Shown: in pieces, positions 26,202 through 41,852 of the stretch | Position numbering within the stretch: position 1 is the stretch's first letter | Layout of the letters: every line of letters begins with the position of its first letter | Program-made: the position numbers and the translations under genes | The notes under the pieces: generated by a model | Database searches by the model: none | What the model was told of the DNA's origin: nothing | What the model saw: the letters and a program-made list of their open reading frames with translations, nothing else | NCBI RefSeq assembly: GCF_001194135.2 | Contig: NC_068992.1 | Coordinates: forward strand, 67,059,696 to 67,123,695 | DNA length: 64,000 nucleotides | Reading direction: 5' to 3' | From: Octopus bimaculoides | Lineage: Eukaryota

Positions 26202-26205
<4 letters not shown>
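25915..26205. repeat. Compound (CT)n minisatellite with higher-order ctttgt and ctgtctcc units
   Basis: Seen directly. Source of the spurious RERERD/LSLS ORFs. Confidence 0.95.
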
Positions 26206-26241
<36 letters not shown>

Positions 26242-27080
26242 AGCAAAATGTATACATTTATGTACGTATTTATGTATGTATATGTATATACTTATATATA
26301 TATGTGTGTGTATATATATATATATATATGTATGTATATATTTATGCGTACACTGTTGTTTCCTAGTCGTTATTAATTAATTAATTAATTACTTAATTCA
26401 TTAAAATATTTTATCACGCAACTCAGACTTTTTTGAAACAATGCAACTCACCAGGCAAGAAAATGGCGGGAAAATTGTTCCAAATGAAGTCAGTATTTCT
26501 ATGACTGCTTTGCGGTGAAAAACTAGACAATTAATTGATTAATAACAAATAAAAGTCCTACAATCAGTTTGTGTGTGTGTATGATTTTATAACGTGAATG
26601 ATATTCCTAAGTACAGTGTCCGCACATATGCAAGCACTTGTATACAATCCCACACACACGTTCATACACATACGGACACACACACAAACGCGCGTGCGCA
26701 CATAAGCACACAGACACACAAATACACACATATATATTTATATATAGATGCTCACACTCATATATATATATATATATATATATATAGATAGATAGATACT
26801 CACACATGTATGGAAAGATTAAAACTCAAGAAAGGGTGCGATTAAGGGAAAATATTGATAGAGAAAAATGAAAATATAATAATGGTTTGGACTAAAATAT
26901 ATAAACTAGTCAAGGAATGTGTAGGGTAACACATGCAAATATTTGTCAATAGAAAATGTATTTGGAAAATATAAACATTTCAGGATCTGTCGGTTTATGT
27001 AATGAGTCTTTCTCGCTATCATGTTTTACACGGTTGCATCAAGGGAATAAATACACATTGCATTCTAATTTCCAGAAAAA

Positions 27081-27298
27081 TGTTGGTTTCAAATTTTGGC
27101 ACAAGGCCAGCAATTTCTGGTAGGGAGAGCAGATTTGATTACATCGACCACAGTGCTCAACTGGTACTTATGTTATCGATCCAGAAAGGATGAATTATAA
27201 AGTCGACATCGGTGGAATTTGAACTCAGAACGCGAAAACGAACGAAATGCCGCTAAGCATTTTGCAAAGTGGTGCCAATTCTGCCAGTTCGCTTCCTT
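27081..27298 (-). mobile_element. tRNA-derived SINE, abundant family, copy 3 (tail variant ggtttcaaattttggcacaaggccagc)
   Basis: Same core as the other copies. Confidence 0.85.
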
Positions 27299-30200
27299 AA
27301 TCTATGGAAAAAATATTGGAAACGGAAAACTATTGATAAAATTACATTGGCCTTGCTGTTTGCAACATATACCATGCCAATCTATCGTATGTATTGACCA
27401 CGTAGACTATTACTAAACATTACCACCATTGATAAGGTACGAACCACCAACTGCGTTAGTTGCTATTTCAGCCTCTTACTTATTGATACTGTCACAAACC
27501 TGGAGCATATGAAGGTGATATAATGAAATAGAATTTCAAAAATCAATATTGTTTAGAGAGTATTTTTTCAATACTATTGTGTATTGAAAGACTAATTTAT
27601 TTCCAAATAATTATAAAAGATGGCGCTCTGTGCAAAAATTGGAGAGTTGCTAAAAAAATTTCGATATCCATTTATAGTTTAAATTCAAATCCCCCCCTAC
27701 GTCGCCTTCGATCTTCCTCCCCCAGGGCTTTTGCCGTCTCTACCAGTTAAATACTTATCTTGATTTAATCGAGTTACATTCTGTACGTTGTGTTACTATG
27801 TGCCAATGTAAGAATTCAATAATTATGATCTAAAATACAACAGCAATTCAATCATGTTCAATTGGAAAGAAACCATTTAAAAATTTGATAAGTTTGAATT
27901 CGTCGTAAAATTAGAAGCTGTTAAACGATTACTTTACTTGCGAAACAGGAGAAATTTTCAATTTTCCTAAAATTATTAATGGTTATGGATAATAATGTAG
28001 AAAAGAAATAACATGATATATACGTCAATCGGGATTAATTAATGCATAGAAATTTTTTTTTTTAAATGGCATTCATCAAATTGATAAGGAATTAAACATA
28101 GTCTTATTGTAAATACTATTATATATTTATCAGATGTTTCAATAATAAATGATATTTGTAAGTCGTTCTTGTATTTTCGATATGCTCATAGTCTTGTCAA
28201 TAATATAGTCAACGTTTTCAAGGTTGAGACTGACAATTTGAACGATATAAAGCATATAATTACATTACACTGCGTTTATATTTTATAACATAATTCTAGT
28301 CATATACTCATGGTGATGCCCCCTGACTACAGCACATCCTACAGATTTCAGACCACTATTCTAATGCCAAAAATCGATATTTTACTATTTATTTTCTGTT
28401 TCCATACTATTATAACGACGTTTAAATATCGATTCCAGAAGTAGGCACTTGGACTAAGTACTTTGACGGGAAATGCTCCTGACGGATTTATTGCTTGTAA
28501 TTAATTGGCAATTATTATGTTGAGTCAATAATGATGAAATCCCATAATTAAAGGCAGTGGTATTCGACTTACGTAACAACTTATATAAATATTTTTAAAG
28601 TATCTATTGGAATTCTGGGTGCATTCCAGCACCTACACGGGCTGCAGTTGTCTCACTTCAAGGGAAGATACTCAGATCATGTTGGAAAAATATTATGGGC
28701 AATAATTCAATATATTTGACAGATCTAACTGCTAAACTGAGGTTTGGATAAATATTCCGGTATGTATTTTTGCAGAAATTCCAATTATGTTAACACGAAT
28801 AAAATAACAATCAGTATGAGAATCTCTTATTATTGTTTCGATATCATTGTTATAGCAACAAGAACCAAATATAGCAAAGTTTTATAAGATGGATTGAGTT
28901 TGAACTTTTGTGTTTCTTGTAACAGAGAGAAATGATCTGAATGTTATTTTACATTCACGGAAACTGATTAAATGGCAATGATCGGAAGAAATATTCTAGA
29001 AAATGCAAAATGGATCGAATTTCAAAGAAAATATAGTTTTTCTTATGTCATATTAATAAAATAAGCTACTAAGAATCTAAACTAGTTTAGAAATTAGCAT
29101 AAAAAGTACTTTTGGATCTCTCAGAATGATGTTTTCGTGACCAGAAATACAATTAAACAATTTCCTACAATATTTCTCGGCAAAATTCTACCTGTCTACA
29201 TTTCTCACACTACCGTCGTCGTTCTACCCACATACAGGATGACTCTGGAGTGATTTCTAACGGTATGTGAGTAGGTTTAGTCCCAAACAAGGATGGGGTC
29301 TCTAAAAATGATGAGGAAAATATGTGAACAACGTTTGACAGGGAGAGGTTAAAAACTGTATTAAATTGATAAATATGTATATGTAACACTCACCCCGACC
29401 AAACCACGTTTCGAAGCATGACACATACACCTACATACCTTAATAATGGCAATCATAATCTTGCATTATCTGTGGAATGAAGTTCATTTCATCTACATAG
29501 ATGATTTAACAGAAAATATAAGGAATTTTACGCGATTATATTCCCTTTTCTAATACCACTGTGACAGCAAACGATAGAATAACGGAATATTTTCCTTTTT
29601 AATTATAGCAATAAATTTTACCCCAAGCAAGCTATCAAACTAATTCTTTATAAATTCTGTAAAAAACCCATCCTCCAATATTACCCCTGCTATGAAATTC
29701 GCTTAAATTCATTAAAAATTATATTGCTAAGCTTTGTGTTACCATTCTGAAAATTGCCATTTTTACGCCATCATTGTTATAATGATGATATAAAAATAAA
29801 ATATATTTCATTGAATTATTTGAAGCTGTTAAAAAACACAACTAATGATGGGCTATAAAGATATTTTACGTGAAAAACTGCTTACTAAATTGATATATAT
29901 GGAACAATTCATTCAAAAACACTTCAGTCTCTGCCTTATCTAGCGATATATTCTATTGCTGAGATCTTTTTGTCGAAAAATTATATATTGTATTATAACG
30001 GTTATAGTTTAAACAGTTAACACAGATTCACACTCACCTCCTCTCAAGCTCACTAATATATTGTGATTCCTGCTCAGACGTATACTCACCCCCACTACAC
30101 ACAAAATCGCATAGACATATTTATTATAGACGTAACATATCCATTCAGTTCATACACACGTATATTTTGTGTATTTTTTTAGAAATATATGCTACTGGTG

Positions 30201-32213
30201 CATACTCTATACATACCACGCGCATGCTTATACGTGCAATATGTATATAAATAATATATATATATGCATGCTGCAATGAATATCCATAAACCAATATATA
30301 TATATATATATATATANNNNNNNNNNNNNNNNNNNNNNNNNNNNNNNNNNNNNNNNNNNNNNNNNNNNNNNNNNNNNNNNNNNNNNNNNNNNNNNNNNNN
30401 NNNNNNNNNNNNNNNNNNNNNNNNNNNNNNNNNNNNNNNNNNNNNNNNNNNNNNNNNNNNNNNNNNNNNNNNNNNNNNNATATATATACATGGTTATATA
30501 TGTACTTATTTATACACACTTAGATATATACATGATCTTTGGAATTCGTGTGTGTATAAGTAACATTGAAAACACCTTGTGGGTGTGTTTTCAGAGTATG
30601 TTAGCAAATATTTTAAAATATTGATTTGAACCAGCAAAGATTTGTGGCGGACCTTTTTTGAGAAATATTCAGTAAAATTGTGAATTATATATTATATAAA
30701 TATGGCTAACCCTTTTAGGTAGCAAATATACTTCACATTGTCGTGCGGCTACTATTTATACCTCGCTCAGAGATTTATCATATTCAGTAAAGTATTATAT
30801 TTGATTGAAAATACTTAGACAACTGAATCTGTATTTTGTATAAATAAATAAATAAATAATGTGTGTATGTATGTATACATATGTATATGTATGTAACAGC
30901 TACTCAGTTTATGAACTTTACAGTATTTCTGAGTTATTAAGTATTTACATAATAGATGTATTAGATATAAGAGACCTGTGACACTTTGCGGTTAACTGGA
31001 AGAACGTGAACCTGATATTTCTCAGAAGCAATGACTAAAGTAAAAAAAAAATTTAATGACTACAACCAGAGAATAAAGATTTGAAGCTGATTCACAGCTA
31101 GTTTATAATACACAGGCAATAGTTTGATATAGTTATTTACATAAATATGATATTTGCACATTTAGATCTTGATATAATAGATCTCGTGTGATCGCTGCAT
31201 CAGAGGAGAGGAAATTAAGTAACCCCTAACAAATATATTGGCCATTGATCTTACTTTTATTGAAAGCCTGAAATAAAATCGCCATTTTCCCCAGCCATAT
31301 ATATATATATTCCCTCATTAATTTTCACCAGCAAAGGCGATTTTTCTCTCTGCCTTTTTATCACCTGCCACACTTCAATGATTTCTTTGGCTTAGAATAA
31401 ACTGCAGGATCCGAGGTCAGTGATGTTAGTCTGCGTTGGTAAGCACTGATCCATTATTTGTCTTTTAGTTCCTAGAAAAGTTCGTTGAGTTCACTTGCTG
31501 TGAGGAATGAAGTCTCTAGCTTTTCAAACATTTGTCTTTCATCTCAGATTTAAGGAATAAAGAGAAAGTTTTGGCATTTTAACTGCAATTTAACAAATGA
31601 CTTATGAAATGAAGTACAGAATTTCTGTAGGGAGTGGTGGTGGAAAGAGGAATGTTAGGTGGTGGTATGAGGCTGAAGGTACAGGAAGAAGAAGGATGAA
31701 GCCGAGAATGGAAAGGCAAGATGGAGAGATCAGTTGCAAGAATCTGGAGTGTGAGCAAGTTAAGAAGAGAGGTTAGGAAATAGTAAGGCCTGCAAAAAAA
31801 AACAAAAAAAACGTTAGACATACGCGCGCACACACACACACAAATACATAGACATACACATACACGCACTTACGCACACACACGCATGCACACAGTGGTT
31901 CATTAAATATAAATACATAATAATAAATACTTAAAGACTGAAGTATTTTATGATAAAGTATAATAGATTTGTGCGTGAAGAAGTATGGCAAGTTGGTGGT
32001 GTGAGATTAACGAAGCGGGGGGGGGAGGTTATTAGAACATAGTAGAAAAGATAGGATGGGCGAAAACTTTTAGCAAATTCGAAGTTGGGGGGGTCTAGTT
32101 GGAAAATGATGAAAATAAGAAATAATTCTGAAGAATGCCTGGGGTTAAAATCTGCGTTTAGAAATTAAGTGGACCAATGAACAGTCTCTGTAAGAAAAGA
32201 CTTTTGTAGTATC

Positions 32214-32418
32214 TGTTCTACTACAGGCACGAGGTCTGAAATTTGGAGGAAGGAGGCTAATCGATTCCAGCGATCTCCGGTAATATGACTGGCACTTATT
32301 TTATTATCCCCGAAATTATGAAAGGCAAGGTTGACCTCGACGGAATTTGAAATCAAAACGTGAAGACGTACGAAATGTCGCTAAGCCCGGTGTGTTAACC
32401 ATTGTGACAGCTTACCAT
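32214..32418 (-). mobile_element. tRNA-derived SINE, abundant family, copy 4
   Basis: Same core as the other copies. Confidence 0.85.
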
Positions 32419-33939
32419 TTTAAACAAATATATTATTAATATGAATATAGAACTCAATAAGTATAAATTATGTAGAAGCTAGACTGCATGAATCTTTAAT
32501 AATAACAATATATTATACAAATATGCAGAGTAAGTTGACTACCATGGCACGATTTGGTATAAAACGTCAACGTGTGACTTGATATTTCTCCATTTTTAAT
32601 CGGTCAGCAATAATTTCACTCTCTTCTCGTTAAAGCTAAAAATGTTGATCCACATTAATATGTAGGAGATATGGGAGAAAAGCTATCATGGTTATTTCAG
32701 ATTTAATAGCATTCTCATTTCACACTGAATTAAATTCCTCTCAAATTTGTTTTTGGAAATACAGTTTTGAAACTCCACTCTGTCAATTCGTCTTCGGCCT
32801 CCAACGAATGTTGTGTTATCTGCTGTATTAATACGATGAAGAGAATTCGAATATATCGAATTTGTTATTTTCTATGTAAAGTGGAAATATTTGTAAAATC
32901 GTTTTTCGATATATTGCAAATTTTACGCTTCGAGAGAATTATTTTGTTCATAAATGCCTTTAATTTACGTTTCAACGTGAAATTATCTTCTGCCTCTCTT
33001 TGCTGAGGCATAATAACTTCATCGAGTTCTTAAATATATCTCACAAAGACTTTAATTTGAAAACCAATTCTCACAAGTGTTTACTTCTTATAAAGCAATA
33101 ACACTTCATTTTTTTCCCATCAACTAATCGTTTTAAAGTTTCTCTCTTTGACGGCCATAACGCTTTTGTATGTAGTAACATTTTTTTTTTCTGAACTCAG
33201 CTCTCATATTTTGTTGGCGAACAGTGAAGAAACAGATATTCACTGCCTGGCTTTAATAAAATTTACAGTTCTAAATGGCTCATTTATTGCTACACTTATC
33301 TCTGGATAATTAGCTTAAAAATCTAATTCATACCACCGTCTCAGAAAAGATTTCAGTGTAGCTTGAAATCTTACGCTTTCATCCTGAAATTACATACAAT
33401 TATTTCATTCAAGATACATTTCGTTAAAATATCGGCGTATTTTGAAGAAAATTCCGTCGATAGTTGCTGGCATTTCTGTCCTTCATATTATCACCGTACA
33501 TGAGCACCAAATCCAAAAGAATTCAGGCAATTATTTATAATTTACAGAACAGGATACCTAGTCTTAATTCGAGCCTCACATATACAGGGATCGGGAGTGA
33601 ATATCTGAAAGAATTCAGGCGAAATACTACAGATATAATGTCTACCTGCATATTTTAAGGGCACCATGGAAAGTTTTCTGGAAACGATAATCCAAATTGC
33701 TACTTATCTCGTCTATGTAAAGTGATTTCTTTACTCTGTTAACGTCTATATAGACACACAAATAAACAATAGATTTACCATACAACGGGGACAAATTTAC
33801 ATATTCGTTCGTAACGCTTTCATTAGTGATATATAATCATTTAAATATGAATAATTCGCATCTTATAAAAGAAACAGCTGTAAGCTAATGAAGTTCGTGA
33901 CATAATTTCTTCTTCAGTTGACATTCTAATTTCGTATAC

Positions 33940-33977
<38 letters not shown>

Positions 33978-35760
33978 ATCTATCTATNNNNNNNNNNATA
34001 TATATATATATATATATACTGACATAGACTCCGATATCTTTTCAGGAGACTATTCCACAAGGAAAATATAGGCTATAAGAGGAATCATGTTGACGTATAG
34101 AAGCAATTATGCGGATAAACATATTTGATACATCAAATATTTTAAATATAATAGTTTGGGCATCAAATACAAAATATGTATATATGTACATATTGTATGG
34201 GCCTTGATTATGTGGAGACAAATTATATCTGAGACAATAAATTTCTGAGTCACGCGTCTTCATTTAGCCGAATCTTCAAGTGACATGCAGAGTTAATTTC
34301 CGATTACCTAACAAAAAAATAACAAGGAAAATGATACGTCTCCATAATAGAATCTTATCGCTGCTGCTGCTACATGCAGTAGTTCTGCTATTTTTTTTTT
34401 TGTATGTATGTAGGTTGGTCAACAAATTTGTTGTGGCTTAATTAGAAACGAACGCAAAAGTTTACCAGAGAACATTGTAAAAGTTGATCACCAAACACAG
34501 GATGCTAACGATGCATTATCTCTAATTGTATTGTTATTATGTAGTTATCGCCAATTCTATTACTAATCTTTAGTTATCAATAATAGTATTACTAATGTTA
34601 AGTCATTATTAATTGTAATACAAATGTGTAACAATAGCAGTTTCTAAACAATGTTATCGTAATATTCGAAAAAAAAAACGACAAAACAAAACAAAAACAC
34701 GAGGTATGTGACGTATGAAGAAGTTCATTTCGATGTAGAATTAAACAAATATTGAAAATATGTATAGTATGAATTAATAAGAAAATGTTAAGGTGTTTGC
34801 ATGTTCTGTACGGAGCGTTAGCCATTTTATTACCGTTCTTGTGCTTCAGTTCACTACATTTTATAATTATTTAGGAATGTATTTTTTTGCAAACGCAGGT
34901 CAGCAAATCTAATTGTAAATTCTGCTGATTTTCTTCGTAAATAATATAAAGTGACTCATTAGAGCTGAACTGTACTATTAGTAATAAATTATGGATTTTC
35001 CAGTAATAAGTTTTTTAAAAAAATGAAAATTTCTCCACAGATATTCTTCAAACCTATGCAATAAGCCCCAGTATTACGACTCCTCGTTTTGGTTTATATT
35101 TCTTGTGGATTCATTTACGTTTTATTGAACTATAAAGTATTAATGTTGCAACAAAAGATAGTAAACGTCACTTTCATGGTGTTACGATATTGTAATCGTC
35201 TAATAAATAGTATTTAATTGCAAAATACTGTGGGAATATCTCACAAAGAATTTCTCGTAAATGTAATGACGGTAAACTTTGTGTATTTTTTTTTCTTTGA
35301 TTGTGTATGTCCGTTAGTAGAGTAATACATATATATCAAAGAATGTGAAAATAAATGATATTCAGCTCTGTAAACAGACAGAAGAAAGCAGTGGCAATAA
35401 ACTTAGATAATCAAATAGAACTAAAGGGAAATAAAAGAGCGTAGAGAAAAGAAAAGGAAGACAGATAGAGGGAGAGGCAGAAGACGAGAGACGCGGAGAT
35501 ATAAAAAGGAGAGAAAATGTATACGAGCATTTGAATAATTTAATACCTAATTATATTATCAATACTTTTTGATTTGTGAATTTGTTCTAGGAATACATTA
35601 ATTCTAAAATATCTTACTTTCCGTTAACAGAAGATAATAAAATTGATCACAGGTTTATTTCAGTGTAAATCTGTAACGCGCATTGTGATGACGACTGATC
35701 AAATACTTTGGACATAAAAAGATATTTTCTATATTTTTTTATCTCTGTATATATTTTCAG

Positions 35761-35854
35761 GATTCTGGCAAACTATGCAATTTGGATTTTAGTAAAACAA
35801 GTTGGCGTTTTCCTACCCTCACGTTTCCGTAAACTTATACAAGAATATGACAAG
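35761..35854 (+). CDS. Neprilysin-like exon 6 (ILANYAIWILVKQVGVFLPSRFRKLIQEYDK)
   Basis: atattttcag acceptor, GTAATA donor, 94 nt, phase 2-0. Contains the LANYxxW motif. Confidence 0.94.
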
Positions 35855-35905
35855 GTAATAAAGTTTTACAGTTTTTAACCCTCCACATACAAACACACAC
35901 ACACA

Positions 35906-35947
<42 letters not shown>

Positions 35948-36144
35948 CACACACACGCATATACATACACAGACTCACAAACTCACACACGCCATACCGT
36001 TCGTTTGAATGGGGTTCTGCAATAAATTTAAATTCACTTTTAGTATTGACTCTGTTCCTCAGTAAAGGTTAGGATGATATTCATAAATTTGCTTTAAAAC
36101 GCAAGCACAAATACACATTATGTATATATGTATATGTTTGTGCT

Positions 36145-36195
<51 letters not shown>

Positions 36196-36359
36196 GCATG
36201 TGAATGTGTGTCTTAGAGGTGATACAGTAAATGACGTATGCAAAATATTTTCAATTGGTCGAAATTCTCCTCTGAAGAAAACATTCACAACTAGCGAAGA
36301 TCATTTCAAGAAATACACTATATACCTCTATTTTATTTTATTTATGCGCCCTTTTTAAA

Positions 36360-36525
36360 GCCTAGCCAGGCTCATGGGCACGGTTTCTCGGTTTCTATGG
36401 CGTATGTATTCCCCCCAGCTGGACGGGACGCCAGTCCATCGCAGCGTTACTCAAGAAACAGGAAGAAAGGGAAAGTTGGGCCGAAAGAGTACAAGATGGG
36501 GCCGCCACCACCCCCTGCCGGAGTC
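36360..36525 (-). mobile_element. SINE with central module C2 and a different tail (T2); head not recognisable
   Basis: 36456-36520 matches 49624-49694. The left part (ctggacgggacgccagtccatcgcag) differs from T1. Confidence 0.6.
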
Positions 36526-36750
36526 TCGTGGAGCTTTAGGTGTTTTTGCGACTATATGATAAATAGCTCAAAAACCATCTGCTGGCATGTCCCAAAGTTT
36601 CATGCCACGGAAAAAATTCAAATATGAATTATAAGCAGATCGAGGTATATAAAGATAATTATCGATTATAATCGAGCATACATGCACAAGGTGTATGTGT
36701 TGTTAGTTCGTGGGTCGGCTGCGCAAACTAAGAACACACACATATTTGAA

Positions 36751-36791
<41 letters not shown>

Positions 36792-38843
36792 GAGAGAAGG
36801 GGGAGAGAGGCTGTATATTTGACGAAATAGATTCATAAAAGCCGTATAATATAGTAGCCATATATTTTAAGGACAATATATATAGAGGTCGTATATTTAA
36901 CAAAATAGATATTTAGAAGCTCAATGTCATATGAAACAGGCATATATAGAGCCCTCTCTATATATAGAGGGCCGCATGTATTTCTTATCAAATCAAAGAG
37001 GCAGCACATTTTACAGAGTAGATACATAGAAGCCGTGAATTTTACGGAAGATATTTTTTCATCCAGTCATACTGTTGATAATTGTGACGAAATGTTTCAA
37101 CACCGAGGAATAATGGATATATTATTGTCGACCCAAGACACCGAATGCCGGCAACAATTTAAAATATAAATAAGGATTTGTGTCAATGCTTTTCCTAACA
37201 ATGCTTAAATAAAGGGACAGAAGAAGATAGTTTGTGAAACTAAATGTTGTAACAGTCTTCTCGTTGCTATTTCTTTTACCACAACAATTGCATCAGTTCT
37301 TTAATATTGACTTCATACATTGAAATAAGACAATTTACAATGTAGTGTTATAGACGCTTCAATCGATTCTTTTAGAGGCACCGATCCGATGAAAGACTCC
37401 ATCGTTTCTATCACCCCATCCCCCATTTTTATCATGGATTTTGTTTTTTTTCCTTTGTTTCTTTTTACTTCTGTTTAGGGAAAACACTTTTATAGTTAAG
37501 GGCAATGATATTATATGGCAGACATAATCAACGAAGTGAAATGACTAGAAGCAAATTCGGAAACTGTCGCGAATAAGTTGTCTCGAACCGAATACTTCTA
37601 CTCATTGATCTTTCTAACAATCTATCAAATTTTATAATAATCACGTAATGCGGTTCGTATTCATTTCTTTATAAATATTTTAGCGTTGCGACGACTGTGA
37701 ATGGCCTCCTGGTGTTTTACTAGATTGAATTGTATTCCAAAGTTTCCAAATCATAACGAAAGTGTCTGGAGTTGACAGACAACCAAAACGTTGGTGAACT
37801 AAAACAAAACAATCACTAAACAACTTAGATTTCTTCTGTTTATTTGTTCCTTGTGAAATACAATAGGCAAATAGTTGTAGCCAATGACGTATACAAACAT
37901 ACGCACACAATAAAAATACACATTACTAATTTAAATAGCACACACACACACACACACACGCACACACACACACACACACACGTAAACACATACATGCATA
38001 CACACATGTCAAAATAACAGCTGACAACAGAAACGGGGCGACTATACCTGCGTATAGAGAACTAAACAATGTAATTGATTATTTGTACACCTATTGAAAC
38101 AAATGATTATATCATATTATCTATGTATACATACACACACGCCTATGAGCATGCGCACTCCCAAACAACATATTCACACACATGCATTTCAGATAAACTC
38201 AGCAATAAATATTGACAAATGGTTTTCCTGTTGTTCAACCAAAGTAGCTGCCACCTCTTTACATCTGAGTCCTATAATGTAATCTTGTGTAAAGAAATTG
38301 ACTGGAAAATGTGAAAACATTTTACATTTGACAATTGTGGACCAGTCAACCATTCCAAGGGAAGATCAGCTGCTACGAACTCAATCAGACTAGTTACCAA
38401 TCATACAGCGAGAACAAAACTGATACAAAATAAATGAAAGCAGTGTTACAAAATGGCCGCATTCCTACCACCGGAACCATTAAAAGAATAAACAAAATAA
38501 ACGAATGAGGCAACAAAAATAGAACAAAATATAGTCTTAGGAAATTCGTTCAGAAAGAATATAGTTGGCAATGGATGGTCACCAATAATTCTTCCTTTGA
38601 TGTAAAAATAGTAATTACGATGTCGACCCAGAACATAAATCGTTTGCCGATGAGATGCGATGGTGAATATTTAACACAGACAGACACACTAACAGAGACA
38701 CATGAACATAGACACACTAACCCAAGCACCCTAACTCGGACACATTTATACAGACATGCTTAAATTATGAAACAAATCTAGTTATTAAAATATAGTAGAA
38801 GCTCGGTGTAGGGAGTCTGTGATCATGGATAAATCGTGCTTTA

Positions 38844-38906
<63 letters not shown>

Positions 38907-39035
38907 ACACACACACACACACACACACACNNNNNNNNNNNNNNNNNNNNNNNNNNNNNNNNNNNNNNNNNNNNNNNNNNNNNNNNNNNNNNNNNNNNNN
39001 NNNNNNNNNNNNNNNNNNNNNNNNNNNNNNNNNNN

Positions 39036-39077
<42 letters not shown>

Positions 39078-40917
39078 CACGACTTATTCACGACCAGATT
39101 TGTTCGAAAGCCGTGGTCCTACTGTATTTTATTGCCGTGTGTGGAATAAATCCTGTACTCATAGGTCTGCACTGTTCACCCCTCTAGAAATGATATCAAT
39201 GCTATCATTGTCTTCACATTAAGGCCATTGAAATATCATCAAAAACTGAGAAACTATATTTATATATTTAATTACTATCTACGACTCTAACGTATTGAAT
39301 GAGATTATACAAACCCACACAAACACCGTTCACAGAATCCTTATACATTTCATAGCATAAAATAAATATATATACTTGATATCACTTTATGTTGGTTAAT
39401 GGAAATTCGCAATATATAATTATATAAGATTCCGCCTAAACTTAAGACGTTTCTTCGGCACTTTAACAACTTCGCAATTTATTATATTTCATTATTAATT
39501 ATTCAGTACTTAGATAATTGCTAACTGATTTTAAAGTAGAGATTTCCAGTTACTTTTATAAGTTTTGGTCATATTTTGTTGTGTACGAAATGTAGCATAA
39601 TGTTCGATAATGCACAAAGATATATTTTAAAAATGAAATGATGTCGTGGTGAGTATGCCTTTCTCCAAAGCATTGGTGGTTTAACTGATTCTTCACAGTA
39701 TTTAGCGTGTATTACTTTTGTTGAAGTCCGAGAATGTGCGAGGATGAATACAATTTATAAAGTTGACACAATAATGTTATATTTATTTCATTGATTAGAG
39801 AAAGCAGGGAGACAGAAAGAATACGAGATTCTCAAACCTTTTATTTTCCTTGTGACAGTATCCATTTCAGAGAATTCAGTTCCTGTGATATATTGATCAA
39901 TATAAAGTCAATTTTCGATTTGGTTTCAATCCATATTTTCGATGTGTAAGAAAAGTGGTTTCATTGTAGTTCAAGTAACACTTCCCATTTTCCATAAATG
40001 GACCAATAACTAAAATAACGTTCGATTTTATACCCAAACCCTTTTCTCATAATCATAATCTCTACTAAAGCTTGAAAACTTTAAGTAAGCTCTTCTGCTC
40101 TAAGACCCATAACTTTGATTTCAGCATCGTAATATTCGATTGTGTTATACTTAATCCTAACCCTCTTACAGTAATACTAGTTTCAGCCTTAACTGTAATA
40201 CACATTTTAATTTTTGCTCTCCCCATTGAAATCGTCTTACTACAAGTTTATTTTTCTTCTCATACATTGCATTCACTAACAACATCCTCAAAAGCGATTC
40301 CATTATCACAACTATACATTTACATACTTCAATAGAAATTGCTCTACAAATTTCTCTTCTCATATTTCGTTTCCGAAAAGTTTTCAGTTAGTGAATATCA
40401 CATAGAAAATTCTATCGTTCTCTAAGCCATAGAATGGTAAAAAAAATGTCAGTTTTGCACTATTGAAAAGATTGAAACTCATTTCTTCCTCTTCTTTCGC
40501 AACACTCAATAAACACCAATTTCTGAAACATTATTCACCTTAGTCAGTCATGCTTATGTTAGTGCCGAGACACTACTCCGAATCTATGTTTGCTGTGTCT
40601 GTCGCTTGTGTTGTCAATAAACGCCTTTCACCTTTTTCCAACGTGTCTTACCTATTACTTCAACCATAGATAATTACACTCACAACGCTATATGAATTTT
40701 AAAACCCTCTTCTTGCATTCATTCGATTATTTCTCTAATGCTCCATTTTCTTTTGCTGTCCTGCTTAACACCAGACTGGCTTCTCCTATAATAGGTTATG
40801 TTTCAATTTCTGATATTGTCAACATCCTCCACTCCTACGTTACTCGTTTCGAAATTTTGACATCCAGATCACATTTTGGATCTTCCAAATCTGAAACATT
40901 CTTTCGGTTTCTGAGAA

Positions 40918-41004
<87 letters not shown>

Positions 41005-41202
41005 GCATTTTTATACACACACACACACACACGCATACACAGAAGACACACACATATTTCTTATTTTATGTTTCTCTCTATGTTTTCCTCCGCTCCTTTT
41101 CTTCTCTACTTCCATATATATGATCGTACATCTGTCCGATCATTTTACTATTGACGCGTCTCTATAGAGTTTCATGTATGAACACATTTTTATACTTGTC
41201 AG

Positions 41203-41331
41203 GTAATGACAGGAATCGCCTCGGCGCGTCCTCGATGGAGCTCGTGTACACAGTTCACAAACGATCATCTCGGAAATGCTGTAGGACGAATGTTTGTTCA
41301 ACAGAATTTTGACGACGAAGCCAAATCGCAG
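41203..41331 (+). CDS. Neprilysin-like exon 7 (VMTGIASARPRWSSCTQFTNDHLGNAVGRMFVQQNFDDEAKSQ)
   Basis: cttgtcag acceptor, GTATTT donor, 129 nt, phase 0-0. Contains RWxxC and AVGxxFV..F motifs. Confidence 0.94.
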
Positions 41332-41621
41332 GTATTTACGAATGTTTTGATTTATTCCACCTACCTTGATGCCAGATGTTTATTTATTTTTTTAATAGTA
41401 GTTTATTACGTGCCTTATAATGGAATGGATTACTATGGGAATTTTCTGGGAACCAAGCAATAATATGGGAACTATTTCTTGATATCGAACAATCAACACC
41501 TTTTGTAACGTAACTACTATCTGGACAACCAATGTGCTTGTTCTAAACTAGCAGACAGAAATGGTAAAATATATCCGATGATTTTATGCTACAAGAATGT
41601 ATTCATGTTATAGATAGCTTT

Positions 41622-41688
<67 letters not shown>

Positions 41689-41850
41689 GTCTGTCTGTCT
41701 GCTTGTCTGTCTGTCTGTCTGTCTGTATGTCTGCCTGCCTGTCTGTCTGCCTGCCTGTATGTCTCTCTGTCTGTCTGTCTCTCTGTCTGTCTGTCCGTCC
41801 GTCCGTCCGTCCGTCCGTCCGTCCGACCATCCATTCATCCATCCATCCAT
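41622..41850. repeat. Graded tetranucleotide array (TCTA)n-(TCTG)n-(TCCG)n-(TCCA)n
   Basis: Seen directly. Confidence 0.95.
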
Positions 41851-41852
41851 CG

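Noticed and set aside
31400-31795. Purine-rich stretch with TDLSIL on the minus strand, reminiscent of a PLE endonuclease
   Set aside because: A single short motif with no second diagnostic motif.
36795-37050. Degenerate ~35-bp repeats (gaggccgtatattt-like) with a central near-palindrome
   Set aside because: Variable spacing and similar sequence between repeats indicate a decayed minisatellite, not a CRISPR-like array.
40060-40915. Possible highly decayed RTE-type endonuclease on the minus strand
   Set aside because: Only faint motif echoes (KTF, LVVxxF) across many stops. Not supportable without an HMM search.
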